Notes: generated by a model from the letters alone, not told the origin. A stretch of 47,910 nucleotides of DNA from Candidatus Sericytochromatia bacterium (GCA_036676495.1 JAKFCT010000035.1:1-47910), one strand, 5' to 3'; positions 29,210 to 39,228 are shown, numbered from the stretch's first letter. Made by a program: numbers and translations.

Positions 29210-29881
29210 ATGACCATGTCGACCCGAAAGCTGCTGCTCATCGATGACGATCAGGACCTGGCCGAACTTCTCGGCGACTTCCTGGCCCGTCACGGCTACG
29301 CGCTGGACTGGGCGGATCGTCCCTCCGAGGGCATGAAGCGCCTGGCGGATCGGCCCGATCTGGTCCTTCTCGACATCATGCTCCCCGAGGCGGATGGCTT
29401 CGAGGTCTGTCGCCGCCTGCGCGAATCCGGCTCCGCCGTTCCCGTCATCATGCTCACCGCCCGAGGTGACGATTCCGACCGGATCCGGGGCTTGCGCGGG
29501 GGGGCCGACGATTACCTGCCGAAGCCCTTCAACCCCATGGAGTTGCTGGCCCGGGTGGAGGCGGTCCTCCGGCGGGTGCCCCCCGCGGAGCCCTCTGGGC
29601 ATGGCCTCGACCCCGATCGGCGCAGCCTCAAGCTGGACGGCCGGGAGATCCCGCTGACTCCCACGGAGTACCGGATCCTGGAGGCCATGGTGGAGCAGCC
29701 CGGGCGGGCCTTCACCCGCGATCAGCTGCTCGACCTGATGGATGACGCCGGAGCGGTGGAAAGCTTCGATCGGGCCATCGACATCCACGTCAGCCGCCTG
29801 CGCGCCAAGCTCGAGGAGGATCCCAAGCAGCCGCGCCACCTCGTGACCGTGCGCGGAGTGGGGTACCGCTTCGAATGGTGA
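29210..29881 (+). CDS. OmpR/PhoB-family response regulator
   Basis: LLIDDD, LLDIMLP, MLTARG, GADDYLPKPF, LTPTEY, IDIHVSRLRAKLE, TVRGVGY. Confidence 0.96.
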   Translation: MTMSTRKLLLIDDDQDLAELLGDFLARHGYALDWADRPSEGMKRLADRPDLVLLDIMLPEADGFEVCRRLRESGSAVPVIMLTARGDDSDRIRGLRGGADDYLPKPFNPMELLARVEAVLRRVPPAEPSGHGLDPDRRSLKLDGREIPLTPTEYRILEAMVEQPGRAFTRDQLLDLMDDAGAVESFDRAIDIHVSRLRAKLEEDPKQPRHLVTVRGVGYRFEW

Positions 29882-31173
29882 GACGCTCCCTCATCCTCAA
29901 GAGCTTCCTTTACGCCATCGGCGCGCTCACGGTGACCTTTCTCCTGACGTTCGCCGCCAGCCGCGTGCTCATGGCCCATGGCCTGGGAGACTCCTACCGG
30001 GAGCTGGGCGCGGACTACGCGCTCTTCATCGGGCGGGAGCTGGAGGCCAGTTTCCAGGACGGCAACCCCTCGCAAAGCCGCCTCGACGAACTCACCCAGT
30101 CGCTGCATGTCCGGTTGGAGTTCCTGCCGCCCGCCTCCGGCTCCGCGATCCCCGCGGCGCTGGCCGATCGGAAGTGGACGAGCTGGCACCACCCCTGGGC
30201 ACCCCAGCACGTCTACTGGGTGCGGCTCGATCCCGGGGGGCAGACGCTTGGAGCCGTCCGGGTCGAGTTCATGCCGCCCCGCCCGGCGGGAGGCCGTGCC
30301 GGCTGGATCTTCTCCGGCATCCTGATGCTGGCTCTGGGCCTGATGATCGTGCCTCCACTCTATGTATGGGTCATCCGACCCCTGCGCGGCATGGTCGAGA
30401 CGGCCCATCGCCTGGGAAGCGACCTGTCGACACCGGTCACGATCGACCGCCGGGACGAGTTCGGGGATCTCGAGGAGGCCTTCGAGTCGCTGCGCCAGCG
30501 GATCCAGCGCATGCTCACCCAGAAGGAGCGATTGCTCACGGATATCTCTCATGAGTTGCGTGGTCCCTTGTCCCGGATGGCGATCGCCCTCCCCCTCGTG
30601 CGCGCCGACGGCGAGGCCAGCCCCTACCTGGATCACCTCGAGCGCAACATGCACGCCATGGACCGCCTGATCGGAGAGCTCTTGGCCCTTTCGCGCGGCC
30701 AGACGCCCCCTGCTCGGGAGCAAGAGCCGCTCGACCTGGCGGAGATGGCCCAGGAGCTTGTCGCTGAACGGGCGTTGGTGATGGAGCAGCGGGGCTTGTC
30801 GCTGGATGTGGCGTTGCAGGAGGCGCCGGTGCGGGGCGATCGCCTCATGCTCGAGCGGGCCATGGGCAACCTCCTGGATAACGCCATCAAGTACGGGGCG
30901 GGTCGGATTCGGATCGAGACGGGCCGCAGCGGCGCCGAGGCGCAGTTCACGGTCAGCGATCAAGGTCCCGGCATTCCCGAGCAGGATCTGCCTCATCTCT
31001 TCGAGCCGTTTTACCGGCCGGACACGTCGCGCAGCCGCCAATCCGGGGGCACCGGGCTGGGCTTGGCCATCGTCCACGCCGTGGCCCAGAGCCATGGGGG
31101 CGCGGCGACGCTGGCGTCGACGCTCGGCGAGGGCACCGAGGCCAGCCTCCGGCTGCCCGCCCGGACGGCATAA
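29875..31173 (+). CDS. HAMP-domain sensor histidine kinase
   Basis: Two TM helices, DISHELRGPL H-box, NLLDNAIKY, DQGPGIP, LFEPFYR, GTGLGLAI. Confidence 0.95.
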   Translation: MVRRSLILKSFLYAIGALTVTFLLTFAASRVLMAHGLGDSYRELGADYALFIGRELEASFQDGNPSQSRLDELTQSLHVRLEFLPPASGSAIPAALADRKWTSWHHPWAPQHVYWVRLDPGGQTLGAVRVEFMPPRPAGGRAGWIFSGILMLALGLMIVPPLYVWVIRPLRGMVETAHRLGSDLSTPVTIDRRDEFGDLEEAFESLRQRIQRMLTQKERLLTDISHELRGPLSRMAIALPLVRADGEASPYLDHLERNMHAMDRLIGELLALSRGQTPPAREQEPLDLAEMAQELVAERALVMEQRGLSLDVALQEAPVRGDRLMLERAMGNLLDNAIKYGAGRIRIETGRSGAEAQFTVSDQGPGIPEQDLPHLFEPFYRPDTSRSRQSGGTGLGLAIVHAVAQSHGGAATLASTLGEGTEASLRLPARTA

Positions 31174-31255
31174 ACCTCTCCTTTCGGCGGTTTCGAACCA
31201 TCGGTCTCCCCTCAAAACACGCTACAATGGGGAAGATGCCGAAAGGAGGCCCGCC

Positions 31256-32329
31256 ATGAACCCCCCGAGGATCAACCCCGCCGTCGCTCCCCTGAATCGC
31301 TTCCTGGAGCATGCCCGGATCGAGGTTCCGCTCGTTTGCGGCGCCATGTACCCGTGCTCCAATCCCGAACTGGTGGCCGCCGTCTCCGAGGCGGGCGGCA
31401 TCGGCATCATCCAGCCGCTCTCGATGGTCTTCGTGCACCGGCATGACTTCCGGGAGGGCCTCAAGCTCATCAAGCGCCTCACCTCCAAGCCCGTCGGCAT
31501 GAACGTGATCGTCGAGAAATCCTCCAAGGTCTACCAGCAGCGCATGGAGGAGTGGGTGGACATCGCCCTCGAAGAGGGCGTCCGCTTCTTCGTCACCTCC
31601 CTGGGCAACCCCCGCTGGGTGGTGGACAAGGCCCATGCCGTGGGCGGGGTGGTCTACCACGACGTCACCGAGCGGAAATGGGCGGAAAAGGCCCTGGAAG
31701 GTGGCGTGGACGGCCTGATCGCCGTCAACGACCAGGCAGGAGGCCATGCGGGCCGCCTTTCGCCTCAGCGCCTCCTCGATGACCTCGCGGATCTCGGCGT
31801 CCCGGTGCTGGGCGCCGGCGGGGTGGGCAGCCCCGAGGACTTCGTCCGCATGCTGGAGATGGGCTATGCCGGGGTCCAGATGGGCACCCGCTTCATCGCC
31901 ACCGAGGAGTGCCGGGCCCATGCGGATTACAAGTCGGCCATCGTCAAGGCGTCCGCCGCCGACATCGTTCTCACCGAGCGGATCACCGGGGTGCCCGTCT
32001 CGGTGATCGCCACGCCATACATCCGCAAGGTCGGCACGCAGGCGGGCCCCATCGCCCGCGCGCTGCTCAAGCACCGCAAGACCAAGCACTGGATGCGCAC
32101 GTTCTACACCTTGATGGCGGCCCGCAAGCTCAAGGACGCCTCGCTCAAGGGTGGTTCGTACCTGGATTACTTCCAGGCCGGCAAGAGCGTCGCAGGCGTG
32201 AGTTCGGTGGAGCCGGCCGCAACGGTCGTGTCACGTTTCGCCCAGGCCGCGGGGTTCATGCCGGCGGCAGCCCCGCAGGAGCCCTCCCCCCCGGTGGGGA
32301 CGGCGCAAGAGGAGGAATCGGTAGAGTGA
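31256..32329 (+). CDS. Nitronate monooxygenase / FabK-like flavoprotein
   Basis: AVSEAGGIG, AGGHAG, AGGVG, GVQMGTRFIATEEC, FQAGKSV; AAGGAGG RBS. Confidence 0.9.
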   Translation: MNPPRINPAVAPLNRFLEHARIEVPLVCGAMYPCSNPELVAAVSEAGGIGIIQPLSMVFVHRHDFREGLKLIKRLTSKPVGMNVIVEKSSKVYQQRMEEWVDIALEEGVRFFVTSLGNPRWVVDKAHAVGGVVYHDVTERKWAEKALEGGVDGLIAVNDQAGGHAGRLSPQRLLDDLADLGVPVLGAGGVGSPEDFVRMLEMGYAGVQMGTRFIATEECRAHADYKSAIVKASAADIVLTERITGVPVSVIATPYIRKVGTQAGPIARALLKHRKTKHWMRTFYTLMAARKLKDASLKGGSYLDYFQAGKSVAGVSSVEPAATVVSRFAQAAGFMPAAAPQEPSPPVGTAQEEESVE

Positions 32330-32808
32330 GCAACGCAGCAAACGCCCCCGGCGCGATGATCCGGAACATGTGGGACAGCCTGAGCGCGAAGCCCGGCGGC
32401 AAGTGGATCTTCAGCGCGCTCTTCGGCCGCATGGTCCCCTACTCGGGGTCGATCCGGCCGCTGGTCCTCGAGCTCGCCCCCGGCAAGGCGCGGGTGGCCA
32501 TGCAGGATCGCAAGGCGGTTCGCAACCACCTCAACTCGGTCCATGCGATCGCGCTGATGAACCTCGCCGAGATGGCCACCGGCCTGGCCTTCGCCTACGG
32601 CATGCCCGCAACGTCCCGCTCCATCATCACGAACCTCTCCATGGAGTACCTCAAGAAGGCCCGTGGCCCCCTGGTCTCCGAGTGCGACTTCACGCTTCCC
32701 GACTTCCAGGAGAAGGGCGAGCACGTCGTGGAGGTGCAGATCCGCGATCAGGCCGGAGACGTGGTCGCGCGCGCCCAGGCCACCTGGCTGGTCGGCCCCA
32801 GGGCCTGA
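32326..32808 (+). CDS. Hotdog-fold thioesterase (DUF4442/PaaI-like)
   Basis: VRNHLNSVHAIALMNLAEMATG, EYLKKARG; GTGA overlap with the upstream gene. Confidence 0.88.
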   Translation: MSNAANAPGAMIRNMWDSLSAKPGGKWIFSALFGRMVPYSGSIRPLVLELAPGKARVAMQDRKAVRNHLNSVHAIALMNLAEMATGLAFAYGMPATSRSIITNLSMEYLKKARGPLVSECDFTLPDFQEKGEHVVEVQIRDQAGDVVARAQATWLVGPRA

Positions 32809-32886
32809 AGCGCGGGGTCATGATAGGATGAGGGATTCGACGCGTCAGCACGCCTCCGCCGCAGGCGTTACCGGGAAGAGGTAGGA

Positions 32887-33210
32887 ATGACCACGCAGAA
32901 CAAGCCTTTCATCACGGGCATGGCCCTTGGGCCGGGACGATCGCTCGAGGTCGACTGGAGCGACGGGCATCAGAGCACGTTTCCTCCGCGCTACCTGCGC
33001 GAGCGCTGCCGCTGTGCCGGCTGCGTGCATGAGTGGACCGGAGCGCCCCTCCTGGATCCCAGCACGATCCCGCCCAACATCGTTCCCGCGGAAGTGGCGC
33101 CGGTCGGCAACTACGCCCTGCAGATCACCTGGAGCGACGGCCACAACGCCGGCATCTACTCCTACGAGCACCTGCGCAAGATCTGCCCCTGCTGCCAGGA
33201 GAAAGTCTAG
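32887..33210 (+). CDS. DUF971 / GBBH N-terminal-like protein
   Basis: WSDGHQS, LRERCRCAGC, PVGNYALQITWSDGHNAGIYSYEHL. Confidence 0.9.
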   Translation: MTTQNKPFITGMALGPGRSLEVDWSDGHQSTFPPRYLRERCRCAGCVHEWTGAPLLDPSTIPPNIVPAEVAPVGNYALQITWSDGHNAGIYSYEHLRKICPCCQEKV

Positions 33211-33213
33211 CGC

Positions 33214-33369
33214 ATGGAGCCGCATTCCCAGGAAGCCCCGCGCGACGGGCAGGCCAAGCCTGCCCGTAAGGTGACGTCATGCGACCTCTGCGGGGCCCCG
33301 ATGCTCGACCTCCACTGTAAGCTGAGCTGCCGGAACTGCGGCTACAAGCGGGACTGCTCGGACCCCTAG
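33214..33369 (+). CDS. 51-aa zinc-finger micro-protein (below the ORF-track cutoff)
   Basis: Hand translation MEPHSQEAPRDGQAKPARKVTSCDLCGAPMLDLHCKLSCRNCGYKRDCSDP*; starts 3 nt after the DUF971 stop. Confidence 0.75.
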   Translation: MEPHSQEAPRDGQAKPARKVTSCDLCGAPMLDLHCKLSCRNCGYKRDCSDP

Positions 33370-33439
33370 AGAAAAAAATGTTGCTGCAGGTCAGCCTCGC
33401 TTTCCCAACCCTAGCCGCAGGCGCTAACCCTCGATCCGA

Positions 33440-35164
33440 CTAGATGTCGCGCTTGCTTCCGAAGCGCGTTTCGACTTCCGCTGGGGTCAGGTTCTGCCTG
33501 AGCATCGCGAGCGCCGCCGCCAGTTGCACGTCCTGACCTCGAGGCGAGCGGGGGCCCATGGCGATCGCGGCATCCGGCTGCAGCCCCTTCCATGCGATCG
33601 TCTCCTCCGTCGGAGTCAGGTACGCCTGGGTCGTGAGGCGGATCCCACTGCCATCCCCGAGCGGAAACAAGGTATGGACTAGTCCTAACCCGAACGTCGG
33701 AGTTCCCAGCGTGGAGCCCCGGCGATTTTCTTGGATGGCCGCCGCCAAGACCTCCGCGGCTCCCGCACTCCCTCGATCGACCAGCACCACGAGCGCTTGG
33801 TTCTCGGGGTAAGCGACCTGACCGTCGGCGGAAAGCGTATTCGACTCGGCACTGATGACGTGGGTGAGGATGCCGCGCTTCACGAACATCCGGGCGATGC
33901 TCACCGCCTTGTGCATGGCTTCCGAGGCCGAGTTCCGCAGGTCGAGGATCAAGCCGTTCGAAGCCTTCAACTCGTCGAGGGCCTTCTGGACCTCCGCTTC
34001 CGTGCTCGCGGCATCGAAGCTCGCGATCCGCAGGTAGCCGATCTTGCCAGGAAGCATCCGGGACTCGACGGCTTGGCCGGACGGGCGGGCGAAACTCAGC
34101 TCAACCTCCCGCGTTTTCTCATCCTCGCGCTGAATGAGGACCTTGACGCGCGATCCCTTGAATCCCTGCAAGGAGGTCAAGGCGGCATCATAGCTCATGC
34201 CCCGGGTCGGGACGTCGCCGATCCGGAGGATCCGATCGCCTGTCCTCAAGCCGGCTTTCCAGGCGGAGCTTTCCTCGCGGGCACCGATGACGATCAGGTG
34301 CTCGGGTCCCGGGTAGACGCTCAGGCCCGCATCGCCGAGCTGCTCGGGGTCGAGGGCGACGTGCCGCTTGAAGAGGGCGGGCTCCAGGAAGGCATTGTAG
34401 GGGTTGTGCAAAGAGGCGGCCATGCCGTCGATGAGGGCATGCTCGAGGCCCGGGTCGTCCGACTTGAGGCCCAGGTCCTGGTAGATCTGGTCGATCACCT
34501 GGAACGGGTTTTCGCCCGTCCGGCGGAGGTAGACGGAAGCCTCGGATGGCTTGCCCGCCTTGGCTAGCAGGCTCTGGATGCCGCCTTCGGCGAGTTGCCG
34601 ATCTCCCGAGCGAAGGATGCACTGGTTCTTGATGAGCGAATAGGCGTAAGAGGCCGTCCGGAAGGTCTCCGGACGCGGCGCCGGAGTCTCTCCCGGGTTC
34701 ATGGCGAGGGTCTGGCGTCGCTCGACGTCGACGCGGTAAACCGGATCGAACCGCTGGAGGCTCAGGAATGACAGGGGGCTGATGGCCAGCATGATGAGGG
34801 ATGCCGCCGTGCGATCTCCCCGGGAAACACTTGGATCCGGACTGTCGGTGACCAGTCCGAAGAGGCCGATCCCGGCGAAGAAGGCGGTCCAGAGCCCCGC
34901 GAGCCATGGATCGGGCCGCGATTGGATCGTGGTCACGTAGGGGGGGTAGGGGGCTTGTTCCACCCGGAGGGTGTACGCGCGCGGAAGGCCGTAGGGCTGA
35001 TCGAGCTTGATCTCGGTTCCGCCTCGCCCGCGGGGCTCACCGTCGACGTAGACCCGGGCGGTGTCGGGTTGCGTTTCGATCTGAATGAGCCGAGGGGCGC
35101 AGCCGGAAAGCGTCAGCGAGCTTGCCAGCACGCCAGCGGCCAGGGCGTTGATCGACGACTTCAT
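33440..35164 (-). CDS. Lipoprotein with PEGA-like, 2 TM, PDZ and S41 (CtpA-like) domains; catalytic residues substituted
   Basis: LTLSGC lipobox, AGLRTGDRILRIG PDZ, IGYLRIASF, LILDLRN, DRGSAGAAEV, TFGLG; AAGGAGG RBS. Confidence 0.82.
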   Translation of the reverse strand: MKSSINALAAGVLASSLTLSGCAPRLIQIETQPDTARVYVDGEPRGRGGTEIKLDQPYGLPRAYTLRVEQAPYPPYVTTIQSRPDPWLAGLWTAFFAGIGLFGLVTDSPDPSVSRGDRTAASLIMLAISPLSFLSLQRFDPVYRVDVERRQTLAMNPGETPAPRPETFRTASYAYSLIKNQCILRSGDRQLAEGGIQSLLAKAGKPSEASVYLRRTGENPFQVIDQIYQDLGLKSDDPGLEHALIDGMAASLHNPYNAFLEPALFKRHVALDPEQLGDAGLSVYPGPEHLIVIGAREESSAWKAGLRTGDRILRIGDVPTRGMSYDAALTSLQGFKGSRVKVLIQREDEKTREVELSFARPSGQAVESRMLPGKIGYLRIASFDAASTEAEVQKALDELKASNGLILDLRNSASEAMHKAVSIARMFVKRGILTHVISAESNTLSADGQVAYPENQALVVLVDRGSAGAAEVLAAAIQENRRGSTLGTPTFGLGLVHTLFPLGDGSGIRLTTQAYLTPTEETIAWKGLQPDAAIAMGPRSPRGQDVQLAAALAMLRQNLTPAEVETRFGSKRDI

Positions 35165-35174
35165 GGGCCCCTCC

Positions 35175-36860
35175 TTAGCGCGACCCGTACTTGCTGCGGA
35201 CTTCTTCGGCGCTGAGGCCGTAGATGAGCAGGTCCTTGGCCGCATCTAGCGAGCGATCGCCCGCAACGAGGATGTCCGGCTGGAGGCCCATCCCGTGGAT
35301 CCGTCGGCCCGCCCCGGTGAGGCCCTCATGCATGGGAAGCTGCACCCGGTCGCCGTTCGCCAGCGGGATCATCGCATGGAAGCGCGTGTCACCGAAGCTG
35401 GGCTCGCCAAGTACCCTGGCGCGTCCCGCCTCTTGGAGCGAGCCAGCCAGCACCTCAGCAGGCCCGCGGGTTCCCGCATCGACCAGCAGCACCATCGGGA
35501 CGTGCTCCGCCAGGGCCGGTTTGCCAGAGACGGCAAGCGCCTCGGGCATGCGCCCCGCGTTCCGGGCGACATTCCCCTTCTTGAGGAGCATGCTGCCGAC
35601 CACCTTGACGTCATAAAGACTGCCTCCCTGGGTTCCCCGCAGGTCCAGGATCAGCCCTCGTCCTCGGTTGACGATTTCCAGGCTCCGCTCCAGATCCATG
35701 GCGTAGAACGAGGAAACGAGCCAGTTGAGGCGCAGGTAGCCGATTCCAGGAGGGATGGCCATGGCTTCGAGCGCAGCGTAGCGCTTTTCGCTGTGCGGGG
35801 CCGTGAGGGTGAGGGTCTTACCGTTTCGCCGGATCGCCATGGTGACCTTGGAGCCCACAGGCCCGTCGGTCCAGTCGGGGCGCTCGTCGGGTGGCATGGC
35901 GGCCACGGATTTGCCGTTGACGGCCAGGATGCGATCGCCGCGACGGATACCCGATTCCTCGGCGGGGGAGCCCGTCAGCACCTGGACGGCGATGAGCTGA
36001 TCCCCCTTCATGGCGAGGCTGAGCCCGAGCCTTCCGGCGTGATCCTCGGGAGGCCTTGCCGGCAGGTAGGTCGCTGTGGGCTCTTTCAGCGCGTCAAGCA
36101 TCCCGTGAACGGCCTTGAGGCTCATGGACTCGGACGATTGGGTTTTTGCGACCTCCTGATAGGCCTGCCGGAAGGCAGCCAGAGGCTGCTTGGAATCGAC
36201 TCGATTCAGATAGGGCTCGGCTTGTCGACCGGAACCGTCGAAGAGGGCGCGGATGGCCCCCTTCTCCACCGCAGCCATGTCCGCTTTCCGGTCGTAAAGG
36301 GTTTGGATCTGTTCGTAAAGGGTCACGATGTCCTTCAGCCCCGGATCGCCCTTGATCGGGCCTGCGATTTCCGGCTGGGGGGGATGGGTGACCTGACGGC
36401 TGGCCATGTCGAACTGGTAGGTCGGCTCCAGACGCTGGTTGTGGAAGGTGAGGAAGTAGGTCAGGGCGGCAAAGAGGGTCGCGCCGGCCAGGTTGATCTC
36501 GTCGTTGAAGCTGCCATCCTGCCGCCCCGTGCGCAGGTACTGGGCGATGAAGTAAGCGGCTCCTCCCAGGCTCGCGGCGGCTCCGGCGTACATGGCGGGC
36601 TCGGGTCGGCTGCTGATGGTCGCCTCGTAGGTCTTGAACGACGGGGCCTCGAGCTTGACCTGGAAGGAGCGGGCGGGGCCGTACCCGTTCAGCGTACGGT
36701 CTGGCAGGGTGGTGGTGCCCGTTCCGGCGTAGTGGCCGTTGACGGAGATTTCGGCGTCGGCGGGAACGGAGTCGACCCGGGAGAGGAGGGGGGCGCAGCC
36801 ATGGAGGAGCAGGGTGCCAGCGGTGAGAAGGGCGAGGTGGCGGGCGGCGATGGCTTTCAT
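35175..36860 (-). CDS. Paralogous lipoprotein with PEGA-like, 2 TM, PDZ and S41 domains; catalytic residues substituted
   Basis: LLLHGC lipobox, SGIRRGDRILAVNG PDZ, IGYLRL, LILDLRG, DAGTRGPAEV, SFGDT. Confidence 0.82.
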   Translation of the reverse strand: MKAIAARHLALLTAGTLLLHGCAPLLSRVDSVPADAEISVNGHYAGTGTTTLPDRTLNGYGPARSFQVKLEAPSFKTYEATISSRPEPAMYAGAAASLGGAAYFIAQYLRTGRQDGSFNDEINLAGATLFAALTYFLTFHNQRLEPTYQFDMASRQVTHPPQPEIAGPIKGDPGLKDIVTLYEQIQTLYDRKADMAAVEKGAIRALFDGSGRQAEPYLNRVDSKQPLAAFRQAYQEVAKTQSSESMSLKAVHGMLDALKEPTATYLPARPPEDHAGRLGLSLAMKGDQLIAVQVLTGSPAEESGIRRGDRILAVNGKSVAAMPPDERPDWTDGPVGSKVTMAIRRNGKTLTLTAPHSEKRYAALEAMAIPPGIGYLRLNWLVSSFYAMDLERSLEIVNRGRGLILDLRGTQGGSLYDVKVVGSMLLKKGNVARNAGRMPEALAVSGKPALAEHVPMVLLVDAGTRGPAEVLAGSLQEAGRARVLGEPSFGDTRFHAMIPLANGDRVQLPMHEGLTGAGRRIHGMGLQPDILVAGDRSLDAAKDLLIYGLSAEEVRSKYGSR

Positions 36861-37069
36861 GGTCGGGGATCCTCGGTGCGTGGCCAATCGATCCTGGTGA
36901 GGGGAACGTGGGGGAAGGTCCAGAATGTCGGATGACCGGGTGGGTGAAATCAGGCAACCGAGCATACCTTACCCTGCTGGGCGGGAGAAATCATCGGTCT
37001 GCGCTCACGTTCTGCCTGTTAGGCCGGCGTAAAGGGCGCGCCTCGCCCCACGTGGGGCAGACTCGCCTG

Positions 37070-37111
37070 AAAAAGCCCCTGGGCGCGCCAATCGGCGCGC
37101 CCAGGGGCTTT
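37070..37111 (-). terminator. Rho-independent terminator after the fadF-like gene
   Basis: 18-bp stem AAAGCCCCTGGGCGCGCC-aatc-GGCGCGCCCAGGGGCTTT with flanking A/T tracts. Confidence 0.8.
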
Positions 37112-37135
37112 CTGAGTCGGACGGAACGGTCGCGT

Positions 37136-39199
37136 TTACGCGTCCGGCGTTTCGTCGCTGGTCTTGGGTAGCGACGGCGCGTTGTCCACCTTGATCTGGA
37201 CGTTGCCTCCCGCCATCGGCAGGGGGATCACCATGGATTCGGCGACGATCTCGGCGATGTCCAGGGTCCGGACATGCTCGGCGTCCTTGGCGGCGACCCC
37301 GTCCTTCATCATGACCAGGCAGAAGGGGCAGCCCGAGGCGATGACCGAGGGGTTCTTCTCCAGGCCTTCGCGGACGCGCTCTTCGTTGATGCGGCTGCCG
37401 ATGGTCTCTTCCATCCACATCCGGCCTCCGCCGGCGCCGCAGCAGAAGGAGCTTTCGTGGTGCCGGTCGAACTCCATCACGCCGTTCTTGCTCGCGGCGC
37501 CAAGGACGGCGCGCGGCTGGTCGTAGATGCCGTTCTGGCGGCCCAGGTAGCAGGGGTCGTGGAAGATCACGTCCTCGAAGGCTTGCTGGAGGTTGATCTT
37601 GCCGTCCTTGATGAGCTGGTCGATCAGCTCGGTGTGGTGCATGACCTTGTAGTTGCCGCCCAGCTGCGGGTACTCGTTCTTGATGGTGTTGAAGCAGTGG
37701 GGGCAGGTCGTGAGGACCGTCTTGATGTCGTAGGAGTCGAACTTCTCGATGTTGTACTTGGCGAGCTCCTGGAAGAGCATCTCGTTGCCGGTACGCTTGG
37801 CGGTGTCGCCGGTGCAGCCTTCCTCCTTGCCGAGGATGCCGAAGTTGAGGCCGGCGGCGTTGAGGATCTTGGCGAGGGCGCGGGCGATCTTCTGGTTACG
37901 CTCGTCGAAGGAGCCCATGCAGCCCACGAAGTACAGGATGTCCAGGTTCTTGCCTTCGGCCTTGAGCTGGGCCACGGTGGGAACGGGAACGTCCAGGCCC
38001 TTGGTCCATTCTTCGCGCTTGTCGTAGCCGATGCCCCAGGGGTTGGAGTTGCGCTCCATGCCCTTGAAGACCTTGTTGAGCTCCTGGGGGAAGTCGCCTT
38101 CCATCATGACGAGGTTCTGGCGCATCTCGACGATGCGGGGCACCTGGTCGATGAAGACCGGGCAGGCCTGTTCGCAGAAGCCGCAGGTGGTGCATGCCCA
38201 GATGGTGTCGGGGCTGATGATGTTGCCGGCCAGGGGGGGCAGCTCGTCGAGCTTGTTGGCCAGGAGGGCTTCCTTGGAGTCGACGAGGTGATGCTTCAGC
38301 TGGTCGTTGAGCATCTTGAGCGAGAGGGGCTTGTCGGTGACGAACGTGGGGCAGGAGGTCTTGCAGCGCCCGCACTCGGTACAGGTGTAAAGGTCGAGGA
38401 TCTGCTTCTGGGAGAGGTCGGCGATGGTGACGGTGCCGAACTTCTCGGCGTCCTCGTCCTCGAGGTTGAGGGCGTCGAGCTTGCCCGACGTGTCGAGGCG
38501 GCGGAAGAAGACGTTGGGAAGCGCCGTGATGACGTGCATGTGCTTCGATACGGTCAGGAAGACGAGGAAGCCCAGCAGGGTGGCGATGTGGATCCAGTAG
38601 GAGCCGACGTAGACGACCTGGTTGAAGGCCGCAGGCGCGCCGGCGAAGAGCAGGGAGACCAGGCTGCCGATGGGGGCGGAGGCGCGCTCGGCGGCGGCCC
38701 AGTCGTGGAGGGCGAACTTGCTTCCGTCGAAGAGGAAGTCGGTGACCATGAGGATCCCGATCAGGGTCAGGACGATCCAGGCGTCACGGGAGTTCTCGAG
38801 GCGCTTGGGGCGGATGACGAGGCGGCGGTAGACGGCGTAGCCGATCATCAGGAGGACGAGGCCCTCGGTGAGGTCCTTGAGGACGTTGTAGCCGGCGCCG
38901 ATGAAGGTCGGGATGTGGAAGGGCTCGTAGTACCCCATGATGATCAGGGTCAGGGATCGGACGAGCAGGATGAGGAAGCCCCAGAAGATGAGGGCGTGCA
39001 TCCAGCCGGAGGAGGCGTCGCCCGTGATCAGGCGCTTCTGGCCCAGTCCATAGACCAAGAGCCCCTTGAAGCGCTCGGGAAGGTTATCGAAGCGGATGTC
39101 CTTGCGCGCGCGCAGAAGCAGGTTGAGCTTGCTCTTGCCGAAGTAAGCGAAGGCGGCAAGGGCGGCGATCAGCATGAGGGTAATGAGTATCGGCCCCAC
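37136..39199 (-). CDS. fadF: Membrane Fe-S oxidoreductase with CCG domains (FadF/HdrD-like), likely an ETF partner
   Basis: TM N-terminus, CTECGRC and CTTCGFC..CP, FVGC, TCPHC, HDPCYLGR, CCGAGGG, GCPFC; downstream of etfBA. Confidence 0.88.
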   Translation of the reverse strand: MGPILITLMLIAALAAFAYFGKSKLNLLLRARKDIRFDNLPERFKGLLVYGLGQKRLITGDASSGWMHALIFWGFLILLVRSLTLIIMGYYEPFHIPTFIGAGYNVLKDLTEGLVLLMIGYAVYRRLVIRPKRLENSRDAWIVLTLIGILMVTDFLFDGSKFALHDWAAAERASAPIGSLVSLLFAGAPAAFNQVVYVGSYWIHIATLLGFLVFLTVSKHMHVITALPNVFFRRLDTSGKLDALNLEDEDAEKFGTVTIADLSQKQILDLYTCTECGRCKTSCPTFVTDKPLSLKMLNDQLKHHLVDSKEALLANKLDELPPLAGNIISPDTIWACTTCGFCEQACPVFIDQVPRIVEMRQNLVMMEGDFPQELNKVFKGMERNSNPWGIGYDKREEWTKGLDVPVPTVAQLKAEGKNLDILYFVGCMGSFDERNQKIARALAKILNAAGLNFGILGKEEGCTGDTAKRTGNEMLFQELAKYNIEKFDSYDIKTVLTTCPHCFNTIKNEYPQLGGNYKVMHHTELIDQLIKDGKINLQQAFEDVIFHDPCYLGRQNGIYDQPRAVLGAASKNGVMEFDRHHESSFCCGAGGGRMWMEETIGSRINEERVREGLEKNPSVIASGCPFCLVMMKDGVAAKDAEHVRTLDIAEIVAESMVIPLPMAGGNVQIKVDNAPSLPKTSDETPDA

Positions 39200-39228
39200 G
39201 GCTTGGCTCCTGTTCTATCAGAACGGTG

